NCBI GenBank assembly: GCA_051874035.1
Contig: JBJEFM010000077.1
Location: 1,557-65,556 of the forward strand
Source of the DNA: Bacillus sp. (in: firmicutes)
GTDB taxonomy: Bacteria > Bacillota > Bacilli > Bacillales > DSM-1321
Reading direction: 5' to 3'
Length of the DNA: 64,000 bases
Of the stretch, positions 41,680 to 53,034 are shown piece by piece (the stretch's first letter is position 1; every line of letters begins with the position of its first letter). Both the position numbers and the translations under genes were made by a program. The notes under the pieces are model-generated. The model had not been told where the DNA came from and made no database searches. It was given only the letters and a program-made list of their open reading frames with translations.

Positions 41680-43872
41680 TTAATTCATAATCCTTCTTAC
41701 TGCATACACATCAGGAATTTGTTTGATCCGGTCGACTACTTTCTGTAGATGGCTCACATTTTGGATTGAAATCGACATATTGATAACAGCCAGCTTGTTA
41801 CGGTCTGTTTTACCGGAAACCGCTGAAATATTTGTCTTTGTTTCAGTAACGACTTGCAGGACTTCATTCAATAGACCTCTGCGGTCATAACCGTTGATCT
41901 CGATGTCCACATTATATTCTTTCGAATCATTATAGCTGGTTTCCCATTCAACCGGAATCAAACGCGCCTCTACGTCCTCCCCGACCACATTCGGGCAGTC
42001 GCTTCTGTGCACTGAAACGCCCCGGCCTTTCGTAATAAAGCCTACAATTTCATCGCCTGGCACAGGGTTGCAGCATCTCGATAAACGAATCAATAAATTA
42101 TCTATTCCTTTTACACGGACACCTGACTCGCGTTTCCTTGGCGTTGTGTATGCCTTTAATGAAGAAGTGGCCTCTGTAATGGTCGACAGTTGCTCTTGCT
42201 CTTTCAGCTTACGCCATTTCTCTGTTAAACGGTTGGCAATTTGCAGAGCAGTGATGCCATTATATCCGACCGCAGCATACATATCTTCATTATTGGTGAA
42301 GTTGAATTTTTCGGCTACACGCTTAACGTTCTCCGGTGTAAGAATTTCTTTCAGGTCGAAGCCCATATTCTTGATTTCTTTCTCAACAAGCTCTCGCCCT
42401 TTATCCACGTTCTCTTCACGGCGCTGTTTCTTGAAGTATTGACGGATTTTATTCTTCGCTTGTGAAGTTTGCGTAATCTTAAGCCAATCCTGGCTTGGTC
42501 CATACGAGTGTTTTGATGTAAGGATTTCAACGATATCGCCTGTCTTCAATTTGTAATCAAGAGGCACCATCTTACCGTTCACTTTCGCCCCGATTGTTTT
42601 GTTTCCGATTTCGGAATGGATGCGGTAAGCAAAATCAATCGGAATCGAACCGGACGGCAATTCAATGACATCGCCTTTCGGTGTGAAGATAAATACCATA
42701 TCGGAAAACAAGTCGATTTTTAAAGATTCCATGAATTCTTGGGCATTTGTCGCATCATCCTGGAATTCCAGAATCTCTCTGAACCATGTAAGCTTTTCTT
42801 CCAATGGCTCCGCTTTTATTTCCTTGCCTTCTTTATAAGCCCAATGCGCCGCGATACCATACTCGGCAATTCGGTGCATTTCAAACGTCCGGATCTGCAC
42901 TTCAAGCGGATCTCCTTTTGGACCGATTACTGTTGTATGAAGCGATTGATACATATTCGGCTTAGGCATTGCGATATAGTCTTTAAAACGGCCGGGCATC
43001 GGCTTCCAGCACGTATGGATGATTCCAAGGACCGCATAGCAATCTTTGATGCTATTTACTTGGATGCGTACGGCCAATAAATCATAAATTTCGCTGAATT
43101 GTTTATTCTGCAGCGCCATTTTGCGATAGATACTATAAATATGTTTCGGGCGTCCATATATTTCCGCTTTGATATTGACATCTTCTAAACGCTCCCGCAC
43201 TTCATCCACTACGTCTTCTAAATACTCTTCCCGCTCGTTCCGCTTCTTCTTCATCAGATTCACAATCCGGTAATACTGCTGTGGATTTAAATACCGGAGC
43301 GCGATATCTTCAAGCTCCCATTTGATTGTGGAAATCCCGAGACGATGGGCAAGCGGAGCAAAGATTTCCAGTGTTTCATTCGAAATACGGCGTTGCTTCT
43401 CGACCGGCAGATGCTTAAGTGTACGCATATTATGCAGACGGTCGGCAAGCTTAATCAAAATTACACGGATATCCTGGGCCATGGCCACAAACATTTTGCG
43501 GTGATTCTCCGCTTGCTGCTCTTCGTGCGATTTATACTTGATCTTACCAAGCTTTGTCACGCCATCTACGAGCATCGCCACTTCGTGGTTAAAATTCTCG
43601 CTCAGGTCCTCCAATGTCACATCAGTATCTTCCACAACATCGTGAAGAAAACCAGCTGCAACCGTCGACGCATCCAGTTCAAGATTGGCAAGGATACCCG
43701 CCACTTGGATCGGATGGATAATATATGGCTCCCCCGATTTTCTATATTGTTCCTTATGGGCATCCTCCGCATATAGGAATGCCTTTTCCACTATTGCAAC
43801 ATCTTCCGGTTGCAAATACGCCTTTGTTCGTTCAATCACTTGTTTTGAGGTTAATATTTGTTCGTTCGCCAT
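41680..43872 (-). CDS. relA: Bifunctional (p)ppGpp synthetase/hydrolase Rel
   Basis: HD domain LHDVVED, RPKHIYS, YQSLHTT, and TGS and ACT domains. Confidence 0.98.
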   Translation of the reverse strand: MANEQILTSKQVIERTKAYLQPEDVAIVEKAFLYAEDAHKEQYRKSGEPYIIHPIQVAGILANLELDASTVAAGFLHDVVEDTDVTLEDLSENFNHEVAMLVDGVTKLGKIKYKSHEEQQAENHRKMFVAMAQDIRVILIKLADRLHNMRTLKHLPVEKQRRISNETLEIFAPLAHRLGISTIKWELEDIALRYLNPQQYYRIVNLMKKKRNEREEYLEDVVDEVRERLEDVNIKAEIYGRPKHIYSIYRKMALQNKQFSEIYDLLAVRIQVNSIKDCYAVLGIIHTCWKPMPGRFKDYIAMPKPNMYQSLHTTVIGPKGDPLEVQIRTFEMHRIAEYGIAAHWAYKEGKEIKAEPLEEKLTWFREILEFQDDATNAQEFMESLKIDLFSDMVFIFTPKGDVIELPSGSIPIDFAYRIHSEIGNKTIGAKVNGKMVPLDYKLKTGDIVEILTSKHSYGPSQDWLKITQTSQAKNKIRQYFKKQRREENVDKGRELVEKEIKNMGFDLKEILTPENVKRVAEKFNFTNNEDMYAAVGYNGITALQIANRLTEKWRKLKEQEQLSTITEATSSLKAYTTPRKRESGVRVKGIDNLLIRLSRCCNPVPGDEIVGFITKGRGVSVHRSDCPNVVGEDVEARLIPVEWETSYNDSKEYNVDIEINGYDRRGLLNEVLQVVTETKTNISAVSGKTDRNKLAVINMSISIQNVSHLQKVVDRIKQIPDVYAVRRIMN

Positions 43873-44059
43873 GAAACCACCTTAAATGTATAGTAGAATG
43901 CTTGGTCAATTACTTCTAAGCTAAAAAGCAAATTCCGACTTTTCTATGTTAAAACGGTTGTTCAGATCACTAATCCGTTCGGCTCTGAAAATAAATATAA
44001 ATTTATATTATATGAGCTGTATAAAAAATAAAACATCATTTTTTTAATGTATTGTTACT

Positions 44060-44088
44060 ATTATCGAGAAAAAATGAAGGAATGTAAA
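44060..44088 (-). promoter_or_regulatory. Putative sigma-A promoter of rel-dtd
   Basis: TTTACA-N17-GATAAT, implying a ~180-nt 5' UTR. Confidence 0.5.
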
Positions 44089-44226
44089 GTGGTTAATACT
44101 TCATTTTCCATATATAATTATCTAAAGCGCTTACATATCTAATAAACCGCCTGCAATTATCTACCATTATTTTCATTTCATTCAAAAACAAACACAAAAA
44201 ACCTGCCTATATTTATTTATTTTGCC

Positions 44227-44261
44227 AAGTGGGAGCCTTAGTACTTGTTAAACAGGATAAA
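44227..44261 (+). repeat. Truncated right end of the bcr1-like element
   Basis: AAGTGGGAGCCTTAGTACTTGTTAAACAGGATAAA versus AAGTGGGAACCTTAGTACCTGTTAAACGGGATAAA (33228-33262): 32 of 35 identical. Confidence 0.85.
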
Positions 44262-44295
44262 AAAATGGATGCAGGCAAGCCATGCCTACATCCAT
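44258..44295 (-). terminator. Terminator after apt
   Basis: ATGGATGCAGGCA...TGCCTACATCCAT stem; the U-tract merges into TTTAT of the repeat fragment. Confidence 0.78.
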
Positions 44296-44303
44296 ACTAT
44301 TTT

Positions 44304-44816
44304 TTAGAAATCCATTAAAGTCAATACATCATAGCCATCCAATTTAGAGCGGCCGTCCAAATCTTTTAATTCGATTAAGAATGCGATACCGGCAACGATT
44401 CCGCCAAGCTCTTCTACAAGCTTGATTGTCGCTTCAATTGTACCGCCTGTCGCCAATAGGTCATCTGTGATCAGGACGCGCTGCCCAGGTTTGATCGCAT
44501 CTTTATGGATTGTCAATACGTCACTTCCATATTCAAGACCATATTGAACTTTAATCGTTTCGCGAGGAAGTTTGCCTTCTTTACGAACAGGAGCAAAACC
44601 CACTCCTAAAGAATAAGCGACCGGACATCCTATAATAAACCCGCGGGCTTCCGGTCCCACAACTAGATCTATTTGATGTTCTCTGGCATATAGAACGATT
44701 TGATCCGTCGCATAACGGTACGCTTCCCCATTATCCATTAAAGTCGTAATATCCTTGAATACAATACCTGGTTTTGGCCAATCAGGTACAATCGTAATAA
44801 ATTGCTTTAAATCCAT
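44304..44816 (-). CDS. apt: Adenine phosphoribosyltransferase
   Basis: [29 protein letters not shown] and DDLLATGGT. Confidence 0.98.
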   Translation of the reverse strand: MDLKQFITIVPDWPKPGIVFKDITTLMDNGEAYRYATDQIVLYAREHQIDLVVGPEARGFIIGCPVAYSLGVGFAPVRKEGKLPRETIKVQYGLEYGSDVLTIHKDAIKPGQRVLITDDLLATGGTIEATIKLVEELGGIVAGIAFLIELKDLDGRSKLDGYDVLTLMDF

Positions 44817-47170
44817 GACTTAGTATCCTCCTTGAGTTCTTGTCCTTCCAGATAGCCTTGCATCGTTGCATAGAGCTGTTCATAGGAAGAGTACAGAAGC
44901 TCATTTTCCAATTTAATTTGCTGCTGTTTCTTTATATATGATGGAGCTTCACTCACATCTCGTTTATTCGCTTGTTTGATTATGGAAATGAATCCATTCT
45001 CTATTGTAACAAAACCTAATTCAAAAAACACCCGGCAAATGAATTCAACAGTATCCAATGACCATCCTTTATGCTTGGCGATATCATTGCTATAGCGTTT
45101 CACATCAAACGGGCCTTTCTTCATAATCAGGGCATACATCCATTTGAAGTGATCTCTTGTAGGCAATGTACTGAAGAAATGTTGCTGGCTCTGATAGAAA
45201 TGCGTATATAATCGACTAGGCTGTTTACCGGCCAAAAGGCGAGTAAGGATGGCTTCATCGGTTGGCATATCAACAAGAACAATATTTTGATCCTTCAATT
45301 CTTCCATAGCCGCCGCTTGTTCATCCTCTACAAGAACGACCGGCCACTTCTCATCCGGGGCCAGTTGCTTTAAAACTTGGCGATTGAAAACAATGAGCTT
45401 CGTATTTAACAAAGGAATCGCCTTCAATATTTGCGCAATATTTTTATTCCCCCGCACATCGAATAATTGCCAATGATTCACCGCCACATCCTGCAAGAAT
45501 AGCTGCGGCTTTTTAATATTATTCCACTCGTTGATCGATAATTCTCCGATAGCGGATAAAGTGGCATTAGGTGTAATTTCATCGCAAATGTCCCCGAGTC
45601 CGAAACCGACGGCATCCAATGATCGGCCCTCATCTTTAAACATCGCTTTCAGATGATTGCCTTCCGCTCCAATCCGTTTGATCGAGGAGAGCTTTACATT
45701 GTGAAGCAGCACGCGCGGTTTGGGATTATCCACGCCGAATGGAGCAAGCCGTCCCATTTCCTCAATCGTATCGATGGTCGCTTCTTGCAGTTTAATAGAC
45801 GCATCAATCTTCGTGATCGGAATATAGTCTTCTTCACACAAACATTCTTCGGCAAGTGTATTCAAGCGTTGTCTAAGCTCTTCCACATCATCAATCTTCA
45901 ATGTCATACCGGCTGCCATCGGGTGCCCTCCGAAATGCGGAAGAAGCTCACGGCACTGTGATAGATTATGATATAAATCAAAACCGGCGATACTTCTGGC
46001 AGAACCTTTCGCCAAGCCTTTCTCCCGGTCATAGCTTAATACAATTGTCGGCCGGTAATATTTCTCTACTAATTTAGAAGCGACAATGCCAATGACACCC
46101 GCATTCCAGCCTTCCGCACCGACAATCAGAACATGGTTATCCTCAATCGGATAACGCTCTTCCACTTGGCGAATCGCCTCTTTGGAAATTTCCGAAACAA
46201 TGGTTTGCCTTTCTTTATTTAACGAATCGATTTCATCGGCGATAGCAGAAGCCAACGCCACATCATCCGTTAATAATAAATCAACTGCCGGATCGGCATC
46301 GCCTAAACGGCCCGCCGCATTGATTCGGGGTGCAATCCCGAATCCGACGCTATCTTCATTCAAGCTTTGAACATCAATGCCCGCTTTTCTGAATAGAGCA
46401 AGCAATCCCGGCCGTGCCGTCTGCTTCAAACGTTTTATCCCTTGTGCCGCGATAAGGCGATTTTCGCCCTTTAATGGCACCAAGTCAGCGATTGTTCCGA
46501 TTGCCGCGATTTCCAAAAGGTGCGTAGGGACTTCGCCTAATAGCGCCTGCGCCAATTTAAACGCAACTCCTACCCCCGCTAAGTCCTTACATGGATACTC
46601 GCTGTCTTCCAACTTAGGATGGATGATGGCATATGCCTCAGGCAGCTCCGTTCCTGGTTCATGGTGGTCGGTAATGATATAATCCATGCCAAGTTCTTTT
46701 GCAAGCTTAGCCTCCGCCAATGCGGAAATGCCCGTATCGACAGAAATGATTAAATCCGTGCCATGATTCTTGGCCAGGCGAAATGCTCCTTCATTCGGCC
46801 CGTAACCTTCCGTAAAACGGTTAGGTATATAAAAGTCAACATTTGCATGTAATGATGTAAGAGTTTCCATTAGAACGGTTGTACTGCTTACACCATCTGC
46901 ATCATAGTCGCCAAAAATCAATATATTCTCACTTTCAGAAATAGCATGCCGAATTCGTTGCACGGCTTTATCCATATCCTTTAATAGATATGGATCATGA
47001 AATTCAAGGTTTTCTAAAAATAAAAATGACCGCGCATCCTCAACAGTATTAATACCACGGTTCACTAATAATTGTGCTACTAACGGTGTAATATGTAATG
47101 CATGAGTCAACTGTTCCACAGTATACTTGTCGGATTGTTCAAGATTCCAACGAGTTCTTGACTGTAACAT
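44807..47170 (-). CDS. recJ: ssDNA exonuclease RecJ
   Basis: GDYDADG, DTG, TDHH (DHH) and GGHPMAAG (DHHA1), with the long Bacillus-type C-terminus; overlaps the apt start. Confidence 0.97.
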   Translation of the reverse strand: MLQSRTRWNLEQSDKYTVEQLTHALHITPLVAQLLVNRGINTVEDARSFLFLENLEFHDPYLLKDMDKAVQRIRHAISESENILIFGDYDADGVSSTTVLMETLTSLHANVDFYIPNRFTEGYGPNEGAFRLAKNHGTDLIISVDTGISALAEAKLAKELGMDYIITDHHEPGTELPEAYAIIHPKLEDSEYPCKDLAGVGVAFKLAQALLGEVPTHLLEIAAIGTIADLVPLKGENRLIAAQGIKRLKQTARPGLLALFRKAGIDVQSLNEDSVGFGIAPRINAAGRLGDADPAVDLLLTDDVALASAIADEIDSLNKERQTIVSEISKEAIRQVEERYPIEDNHVLIVGAEGWNAGVIGIVASKLVEKYYRPTIVLSYDREKGLAKGSARSIAGFDLYHNLSQCRELLPHFGGHPMAAGMTLKIDDVEELRQRLNTLAEECLCEEDYIPITKIDASIKLQEATIDTIEEMGRLAPFGVDNPKPRVLLHNVKLSSIKRIGAEGNHLKAMFKDEGRSLDAVGFGLGDICDEITPNATLSAIGELSINEWNNIKKPQLFLQDVAVNHWQLFDVRGNKNIAQILKAIPLLNTKLIVFNRQVLKQLAPDEKWPVVLVEDEQAAAMEELKDQNIVLVDMPTDEAILTRLLAGKQPSRLYTHFYQSQQHFFSTLPTRDHFKWMYALIMKKGPFDVKRYSNDIAKHKGWSLDTVEFICRVFFELGFVTIENGFISIIKQANKRDVSEAPSYIKKQQQIKLENELLYSSYEQLYATMQGYLEGQELKEDTKSWI

Positions 47171-47193
47171 AAAATCACCCCTCAACCTTCCTC

Positions 47194-47222
47194 ATTATAC
47201 AGAAGAGAATAAAGGCTTGCAA
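47194..47222 (-). promoter_or_regulatory. Sigma-A promoter of recJ-apt
   Basis: TTGCAA-N17-TATAAT. Confidence 0.75.
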
Positions 47223-47270
47223 TCGATTTAGGAACTTCCAATCTTTGGTTTTGGATGCATTTTCCTTGTT

Positions 47271-48164
47271 TTAATCATCCCCCAACGGATTGATATGGAC
47301 AAATACATCATGGATATTCGGCTGTTGCAGCAATCTTGCTTTCACCCGCTTTCCGATTGCATGTCCTTGCTCGACAGTAAGCTTGGGATCAACGGAAATC
47401 TTTAAATCCACAATCACATAATGCCCATGCTCCCTTGCATGCAGTGAATTGATTCGTTTCACTTCTTCATCCTGTAATATCAACTGCTTATAAGGCGCGA
47501 TCTTCTCTTCCGGCAAGACATGGTCCATCGTTGTATGAATCGCTTCTTTTCCTAAAGAATAAGCCATCTTCACTACAAGAATAGAGACGAACAGCCCCGC
47601 AATCGGATCACCATATAATAGCCATGGAATATCGATCTTTTCGCTTAACACCGCTGCACCTACCCCTATCAAAGCTGCGATTGAAGAGTATACATCCGAC
47701 CTATGCTCATATGCATTTATAATCAGTGCTTGACTTCCTAATTTTTTGCCTAGCCTATATTTATATTGAAACATGGCTTCCTTTACAAGAATGGATACAA
47801 CGATTGCATAAAGCGCAATTGTTTTCGGTGGTTCAAGATGATGAAAGAAAGCATTGATAGATGATGTCCCTATTTTGATCCCTACAAGAAATAATAGTAC
47901 AGCAACAATAATTGCCGCAATCGATTCCGCCTTGCCATGCCCATAAGGATGATCCTCATCAGGCGGCTGTTTGGCAGCCCTCAATCCCACAAATACCGCC
48001 AGTGAACCCACAACATCCGAAGCGGAGTGGGCGGCATCCGCAATCAACGCTTTACTATTCGCAAATATTCCTACAACACCTTTAAGAATAGCCAGTGCGA
48101 TATTTCCGACAATGCCAATCATCGCTGCAAATTCAGCTTGTTTAAAACGATCTTTCTCAGCCAT
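47271..48164 (-). CDS. Cation diffusion facilitator family transporter
   Basis: ADAAHSASD, HPYGHGKAE, HRSD and the C-terminal dimerisation domain (HVNP-like HINP). Confidence 0.93.
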   Translation of the reverse strand: MAEKDRFKQAEFAAMIGIVGNIALAILKGVVGIFANSKALIADAAHSASDVVGSLAVFVGLRAAKQPPDEDHPYGHGKAESIAAIIVAVLLFLVGIKIGTSSINAFFHHLEPPKTIALYAIVVSILVKEAMFQYKYRLGKKLGSQALIINAYEHRSDVYSSIAALIGVGAAVLSEKIDIPWLLYGDPIAGLFVSILVVKMAYSLGKEAIHTTMDHVLPEEKIAPYKQLILQDEEVKRINSLHAREHGHYVIVDLKISVDPKLTVEQGHAIGKRVKARLLQQPNIHDVFVHINPLGDD

Positions 48165-48278
48165 AACTTTCCTCCCATAATTACAAACATTTCTTTTATT
48201 GTTCCCGAAAAAACCAATCGAATAAGAGAAATTATCAGGAAGCTCGCATACTGTCCGAGAAATCTCGCCGAATAGAAA

Positions 48279-48303
48279 GAGAGGCCGCTGACAGCGGCCT
48301 CTC
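48279..48303 (-). terminator. Stem-loop after secDF
   Basis: GAGAGGCCGC-TGACA-GCGGCCTCTC. Confidence 0.7.
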
Positions 48304-48313
48304 CTATCGTACT

Positions 48314-50572
48314 TTATACTTGTGCTTCATCCGTGTTCTTTTTCTTCTCCACATATGTGATTAGAACACCTTTTTTCTTCAGTTCTTTAATCTTAAAGTC
48401 CAGCCATAATTGTGATGCAATAAATACAGATGAGTACGCACCGCATATTAGGCCGATTAATAGTGCAACTGAGAATGTAAAGATAGACTCGCTGCCGAAA
48501 ATCACAAGGGCAACTACAGTAATAAGAACCGTCAGGATTGTATTAATCGTACGCATCATCGTTTGTCGAGTCGAGACATTAACGATTTCTTCCAACTCGG
48601 CAACCGTTTTAATTTTGCGTTTCTTCCTCATATTCTCACGAACACGGTCAAACGTAACAATTGTATCATTGATCGAGTAACCGATAATCGTCAGAATCGC
48701 TGCAATGAAATTCAAATCAACTTCCAACCGCAATACGCTGAATAGTGTAATGATGAAAAATGCATCATGAAGCAAGGCGATAACAGCCGGCAATCCCATT
48801 CTCCATTCGAAACGGATGGATACATAAAGGATGATACCCAGAGATGCAATTAATACCGAGATAAACGCATTCTTTGCCAACTCTTTACCTACCGTCGGAG
48901 AAACTGCACTGATATTAGGCTCATGATTATATTTATCTTTGAAATAATCTTTCACCTCTAAGATTTCCGCTTTATCAAGAACATCCTGTGTGCGAACAAC
49001 CGCTACTTCATTTTTGTCTCCTGATAAAACAATGTCATCATCACTTATTTTTAATGCTTTTAAATCTTTTTCTACTTGTTCTGCAGTAAACGGTTGATCC
49101 GCTGTAATTTCAAGACGAGTACCGCTTGTAAAGTCGATGCTTAAATTCAACTTAAATACAAACAAGAAAATGATGCCGATAATTGTCACAACCGAAGAAA
49201 TCGTATAGAAAATTTTACGCTTGCTTACAAAATCGAGGCGATCAAATTTCGTTGGTAATGAAAGTACGTCAACTGATTTATGGATTGGGTGGATATCTTT
49301 CTTCTTCACCCCGAACCAGCCTGGACGTTTATCCAGCAATCCGCTGTCTACACATAATGTTAACAGAAGGCGGGTAACAAACACATTCGTGAAGATACCT
49401 GTGATAATGCTGATGATCAGCATGGTCGCAAAGCCTTTTACAGAGCTTGTCCCGAAATAGAACATAACACCCGCTGCCAGCAGCGTTGTCAAGTTGGCAT
49501 CAATAATTGTAATGAATGATGTTTTGTTCCCGTTTTTATTCGCTGATTTGATGCTTCTTCCGATCCGGATTTCTTCTTTAATCCGTTCATATGTGATAAC
49601 GTTGGAATCCACCGCCATACCGACCCCGAGAATCAATGCCGCTATACCCGGCAACGTCAGCGTTGCATTCATCCATTCGAATATAAGCAGCAATAGGTAT
49701 ACATATGCCGATAATGTAACCGTTGCAATCAAACCAGGGAAGCGGTAGAAGAAAATCATGAATAAGAACACCGCGATGATGCCGACAGCACCTGCGAAGA
49801 CCGTTTCATTCAATGCTTTCTCACCGAATTTAGCGCCCACGGATGTGGAGTAGATTTCTTCCAAATCTACAGGCAGCGCCCCTGCTTTAAGCATATTTGC
49901 CAAATTCTGCGCTTCTTCAATCGTGAAGCCTCCTGTAATCAATACAGTATCCTGGTCGAACACTTGGCTCACAGTAGGAGCGGAAACCAAATTATCCTGT
50001 GTTTCAGGCTTTTGAAGTGAATCTTCGCCCTCTTTGAAATCCAGCCAAATCGCAAGCACATTCGTCGGCGATGGCATTGAGGAAATCTGCTGTGTTACTT
50101 CTTTGAACTTATCAGCGTCCTTTAACGTAACTTCCACGACAGGGTTATTATTCTCATCGAATGACTGCTTCGCGCCGCCTTCTTTAAGATCTTTCCCTGT
50201 CATCATTTCCTTGTCGTTATAATCCCGGAAAGACAGCTTAGCCGATGTCGACAGGATTTCACGCGCTTCGTTCTGATCTTTGACCCCCGCTAATTGGACG
50301 CGGATACGGTCCTTTCCTTCAATGGAAATGATCGGCTCATTGACGCCTAATACGTCAATCCTTTTTGTCAAAGCACTGACCGTATTTTTGAGGACATCCT
50401 CGGTGACTTTGCTGCCATCTTCCGTTTTCACTTCGTATAAAACTTCAAAACCGCCTTGAAGATCTAAACCAAGTTTAATATCTTTGACAATTCCTGTTGA
50501 TGTCGTTCCTATCAATGAAAAAACCGTAATGACAAGGATAAGGAACGCGACGATTCTCGATCTTTTTACCAT
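48314..50572 (-). CDS. secDF: Fused protein translocase subunit SecDF
   Basis: LGLDLQGG, GMAVDSNVITYERIKEE, IDFTSGT and GYSINDTIVTFDRVREN. Confidence 0.97.
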   Translation of the reverse strand: MVKRSRIVAFLILVITVFSLIGTTSTGIVKDIKLGLDLQGGFEVLYEVKTEDGSKVTEDVLKNTVSALTKRIDVLGVNEPIISIEGKDRIRVQLAGVKDQNEAREILSTSAKLSFRDYNDKEMMTGKDLKEGGAKQSFDENNNPVVEVTLKDADKFKEVTQQISSMPSPTNVLAIWLDFKEGEDSLQKPETQDNLVSAPTVSQVFDQDTVLITGGFTIEEAQNLANMLKAGALPVDLEEIYSTSVGAKFGEKALNETVFAGAVGIIAVFLFMIFFYRFPGLIATVTLSAYVYLLLLIFEWMNATLTLPGIAALILGVGMAVDSNVITYERIKEEIRIGRSIKSANKNGNKTSFITIIDANLTTLLAAGVMFYFGTSSVKGFATMLIISIITGIFTNVFVTRLLLTLCVDSGLLDKRPGWFGVKKKDIHPIHKSVDVLSLPTKFDRLDFVSKRKIFYTISSVVTIIGIIFLFVFKLNLSIDFTSGTRLEITADQPFTAEQVEKDLKALKISDDDIVLSGDKNEVAVVRTQDVLDKAEILEVKDYFKDKYNHEPNISAVSPTVGKELAKNAFISVLIASLGIILYVSIRFEWRMGLPAVIALLHDAFFIITLFSVLRLEVDLNFIAAILTIIGYSINDTIVTFDRVRENMRKKRKIKTVAELEEIVNVSTRQTMMRTINTILTVLITVVALVIFGSESIFTFSVALLIGLICGAYSSVFIASQLWLDFKIKELKKKGVLITYVEKKKNTDEAQV

Positions 50573-50788
50573 TATGTAAAAGCCTCCTTACAACTTTTAG
50601 GCCTGATCTTGCAGTATGAAAGAAAGTGATGTTTTTGGATATTTTTTATTCAAAAGACAAATTTCATCATAGAAAGATAGGGCACAAACAAAACTCATTT
50701 TCACAAACCGCGAACGATTACAAAAACTTTATGCATAACACGAAGTATTCAGAAAAATCCCATAAATACCAATTTAGCTCCAAACATT

Positions 50789-50817
50789 ATTATGAAACAA
50801 TTTAAAGACAGTGTCAA
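50789..50817 (-). promoter_or_regulatory. Sigma-A promoter of secDF
   Basis: TTGACA-N17-CATAAT, implying a ~210-nt 5' leader. Confidence 0.75.
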
Positions 50818-50829
50818 TTTCTGATTTTA

Positions 50830-51000
50830 TCATCTATTCATTCGTTTCATGATATCTTCTCTTGGCTGCCAGCAATTGAACTGATAACGTGTTTTTGTTT
50901 CAAACCCTAGACGTGAACACCGATAGGCGATTTGGTTATTCGCTTTGCCAATTTTAAAATGGATACATGTCGCACAGCAATGGTAGTTTTTCTTGCTCAT
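50830..51000 (-). CDS. Small Cys-rich hypothetical protein (56 aa; not in ORF track)
   Basis: RBS AGGGGAG then MSKKNYHCCATCIHFKIGKANNQIAYRCSRLGFETKTRYQFNCWQPREDIMKRMNR, 29 nt downstream of comN. Confidence 0.75.
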   Translation of the reverse strand: MSKKNYHCCATCIHFKIGKANNQIAYRCSRLGFETKTRYQFNCWQPREDIMKRMNR

Positions 51001-51029
51001 TCCCGCTCCCCTGCCTTCATAAGGCCCAT

Positions 51030-51323
51030 CTACGTGAGCAAATCACGAAAAGCGTCCATATCGATCTCTTCCCTCTGTGAAGCCTTGAATGCTTCTACCG
51101 TATTATAAGTCATATATTCCCCGATAGTGATCGTGAGGATATCATTGATCAACTGATAAAGCATGCGGTCCTCTTCTTTTTTCCATTTCTTTTTTTTCAA
51201 GAACTCCCACAGATGCTCCACTTTCATATCCTTATAACCTAACAGTATGAACTCCTCTCGTTTGCTATGCAGTGCCGGCAATAATATACTACGATATTGT
51301 TCAAAAACATGCTCGTTCCCCAT
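51030..51323 (-). CDS. comN: Post-transcriptional regulator ComN (YrzD)
   Basis: SKREEF.LLGY...LWEFL.KKKWKK...YQLINDIL...GEYMTY; divergent from spoVB. Confidence 0.88.
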   Translation of the reverse strand: MGNEHVFEQYRSILLPALHSKREEFILLGYKDMKVEHLWEFLKKKKWKKEEDRMLYQLINDILTITIGEYMTYNTVEAFKASQREEIDMDAFRDLLT

Positions 51324-51367
51324 CGCGACCGAATCCCCTTCGTATTAAAGAATATACTGTAATACTT

Positions 51368-51400
51368 GTCATGCTTTGTCCACTATGCTGCATATAAATC
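51368..51400 (+). promoter_or_regulatory. Possible sigma-E promoter of spoVB
   Basis: GTCATGC...CATATAAATC, an imperfect match to the sigma-E consensus. Confidence 0.4.
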
Positions 51401-51444
51401 ATTGTAGAGTATTCGAACAATTTTGAGAAGGCAGGTAATCTTAA

Positions 51445-52974
51445 ATGTCAAAGTTTTTTCAAGGAACTCTCATCCTTTTGGTTGCCGGCTTTATTACGCG
51501 TATTCTAGGCTTCGTTAACCGTATCATCATCGCAAGAGCCATCGGCAGCGAAGGAGTGGGCTTATATATGATGGCTTTGCCGTCCCTGTTTCTTGTTATT
51601 ACCTTTACTCAACTGGGACTGCCTGTAGCGATTGCCAAATTTGTAGCCGAAGCGAACGCGGCGGGCGATGAGAAGAAAATCAAAAAGATTCTTGTTGTTT
51701 CTCTCAGTGTTACGCTCGGCCTTTCTTTCATATTTACCCCGGCTTTATTCTGGCTTGCGCCTTGGCTTTCTGAAACCATGTTTACAGATGCGAGAATCTA
51801 TTGGCCTTTGATTGCCATTACGCCGATTATCCCTATTGTCGCTGTTTCAGCTGTCATAAGAGGGTACTTTCAAGGCAAGCAAAACATGAAGCCCGCCGCT
51901 GTATCGCAAATCATCGAACAAGCTGTCAGAATAGGGCTGATCATTACCGCGACAAGAGAATTCCTTCCATATGGCATTGAATACGCCGCAGCGGCCGCCA
52001 TGTGTGCTTCCGTCATCGGCGAGCTCGCTTCGCTCCTGTATTTGCTTACACTATTCAAATTAAAGAAGCACTTCGAAGTACGCAAACATTTCTTCGCCTT
52101 CGTTGCAAATGGGAAAGAAACGCTAAAGCAGTTATTAAGCATCGCATTGCCTTCAACCGGAAGCCGGATCGTCGGCAACGTTTCTTGGTTTCTCGAGCCC
52201 ATTGTCGTTGCACAAAGCTTAGCCATCGCCGGCATTTCCAGTTCACTAGCGACACAGCAATATGGAGAACTAACAGGGTTCGCCTTGCCGCTGCTAATGC
52301 TGCCGTCGTTCATCACGCTTGCTCTATCAACATCGCTTGTGCCGGCCGTAAGCGAAGCTCAGTCCATCGGCAAAATGAACCTTGTCGCCCACAGGCTCCA
52401 TCAGGCATTGCGCATTACTTTCATAACAGGCTGTTTAGCCGTTGTCATCCTCTTTGTATTCGCCGACCCTCTCATGAAACTGATGTACGGTGAAACAAAA
52501 GCGGCCGTATACATTACGTTCTTGGCGCCTATCTTTATCTTTTCTTACTATCAGACGCCATTGCAATCTGTACTTCAAGCTCTGAATTTAGCAAAGGCCG
52601 CTATGTATAATAGCTTGATTGGAGCGATAGTGAAGTTGGTTTTGATTTTCATTCTCTCTTCTCAGCCCCAATTCGGCATTATGGGGACAGCAATCGCGTT
52701 CGCGGCCAGCATTGTGCTTGTTACATTTCTGCACTTCTCTACCATCGCCAAAGTCGTCCACTTATCCATAGAAATCCGCGGCTACCTGTTAGCGTTGATT
52801 GCTACTATACTATCAGGTTGGATCGGCCACCTTTTCTACACAAACATCCATATGGCAGGCTCCCTTTACATAGCGATTCTTATTACATGCGTTAGCTTCT
52901 TCATCCTGTCGCTCTGCTTTAAAGTCGTTTCGCGGAAAGAACTGGCGATGATGATTCCCTTCGTAAAAAAATAA
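51445..52974 (+). CDS. spoVB: Stage V sporulation protein B (MurJ/MOP-family flippase)
   Basis: GTLILLVAGFITRILGFVNR, GYFQG, AVSQIIEQ and ATQQYGELTG. Confidence 0.95.
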   Translation: MSKFFQGTLILLVAGFITRILGFVNRIIIARAIGSEGVGLYMMALPSLFLVITFTQLGLPVAIAKFVAEANAAGDEKKIKKILVVSLSVTLGLSFIFTPALFWLAPWLSETMFTDARIYWPLIAITPIIPIVAVSAVIRGYFQGKQNMKPAAVSQIIEQAVRIGLIITATREFLPYGIEYAAAAAMCASVIGELASLLYLLTLFKLKKHFEVRKHFFAFVANGKETLKQLLSIALPSTGSRIVGNVSWFLEPIVVAQSLAIAGISSSLATQQYGELTGFALPLLMLPSFITLALSTSLVPAVSEAQSIGKMNLVAHRLHQALRITFITGCLAVVILFVFADPLMKLMYGETKAAVYITFLAPIFIFSYYQTPLQSVLQALNLAKAAMYNSLIGAIVKLVLIFILSSQPQFGIMGTAIAFAASIVLVTFLHFSTIAKVVHLSIEIRGYLLALIATILSGWIGHLFYTNIHMAGSLYIAILITCVSFFILSLCFKVVSRKELAMMIPFVKK

Positions 52975-53034
52975 AGAAAAGCGAACGATTCCTGTAAAAG
53001 ATCGTTCGTTTTTCAACTAAAATGCGCGATTATT

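Noticed and set aside
43873-44055. Long rel 5' UTR as a riboswitch
   Set aside because: AT-rich, with only a weak AACGG/CCGTT stem and no terminator or known aptamer motif.
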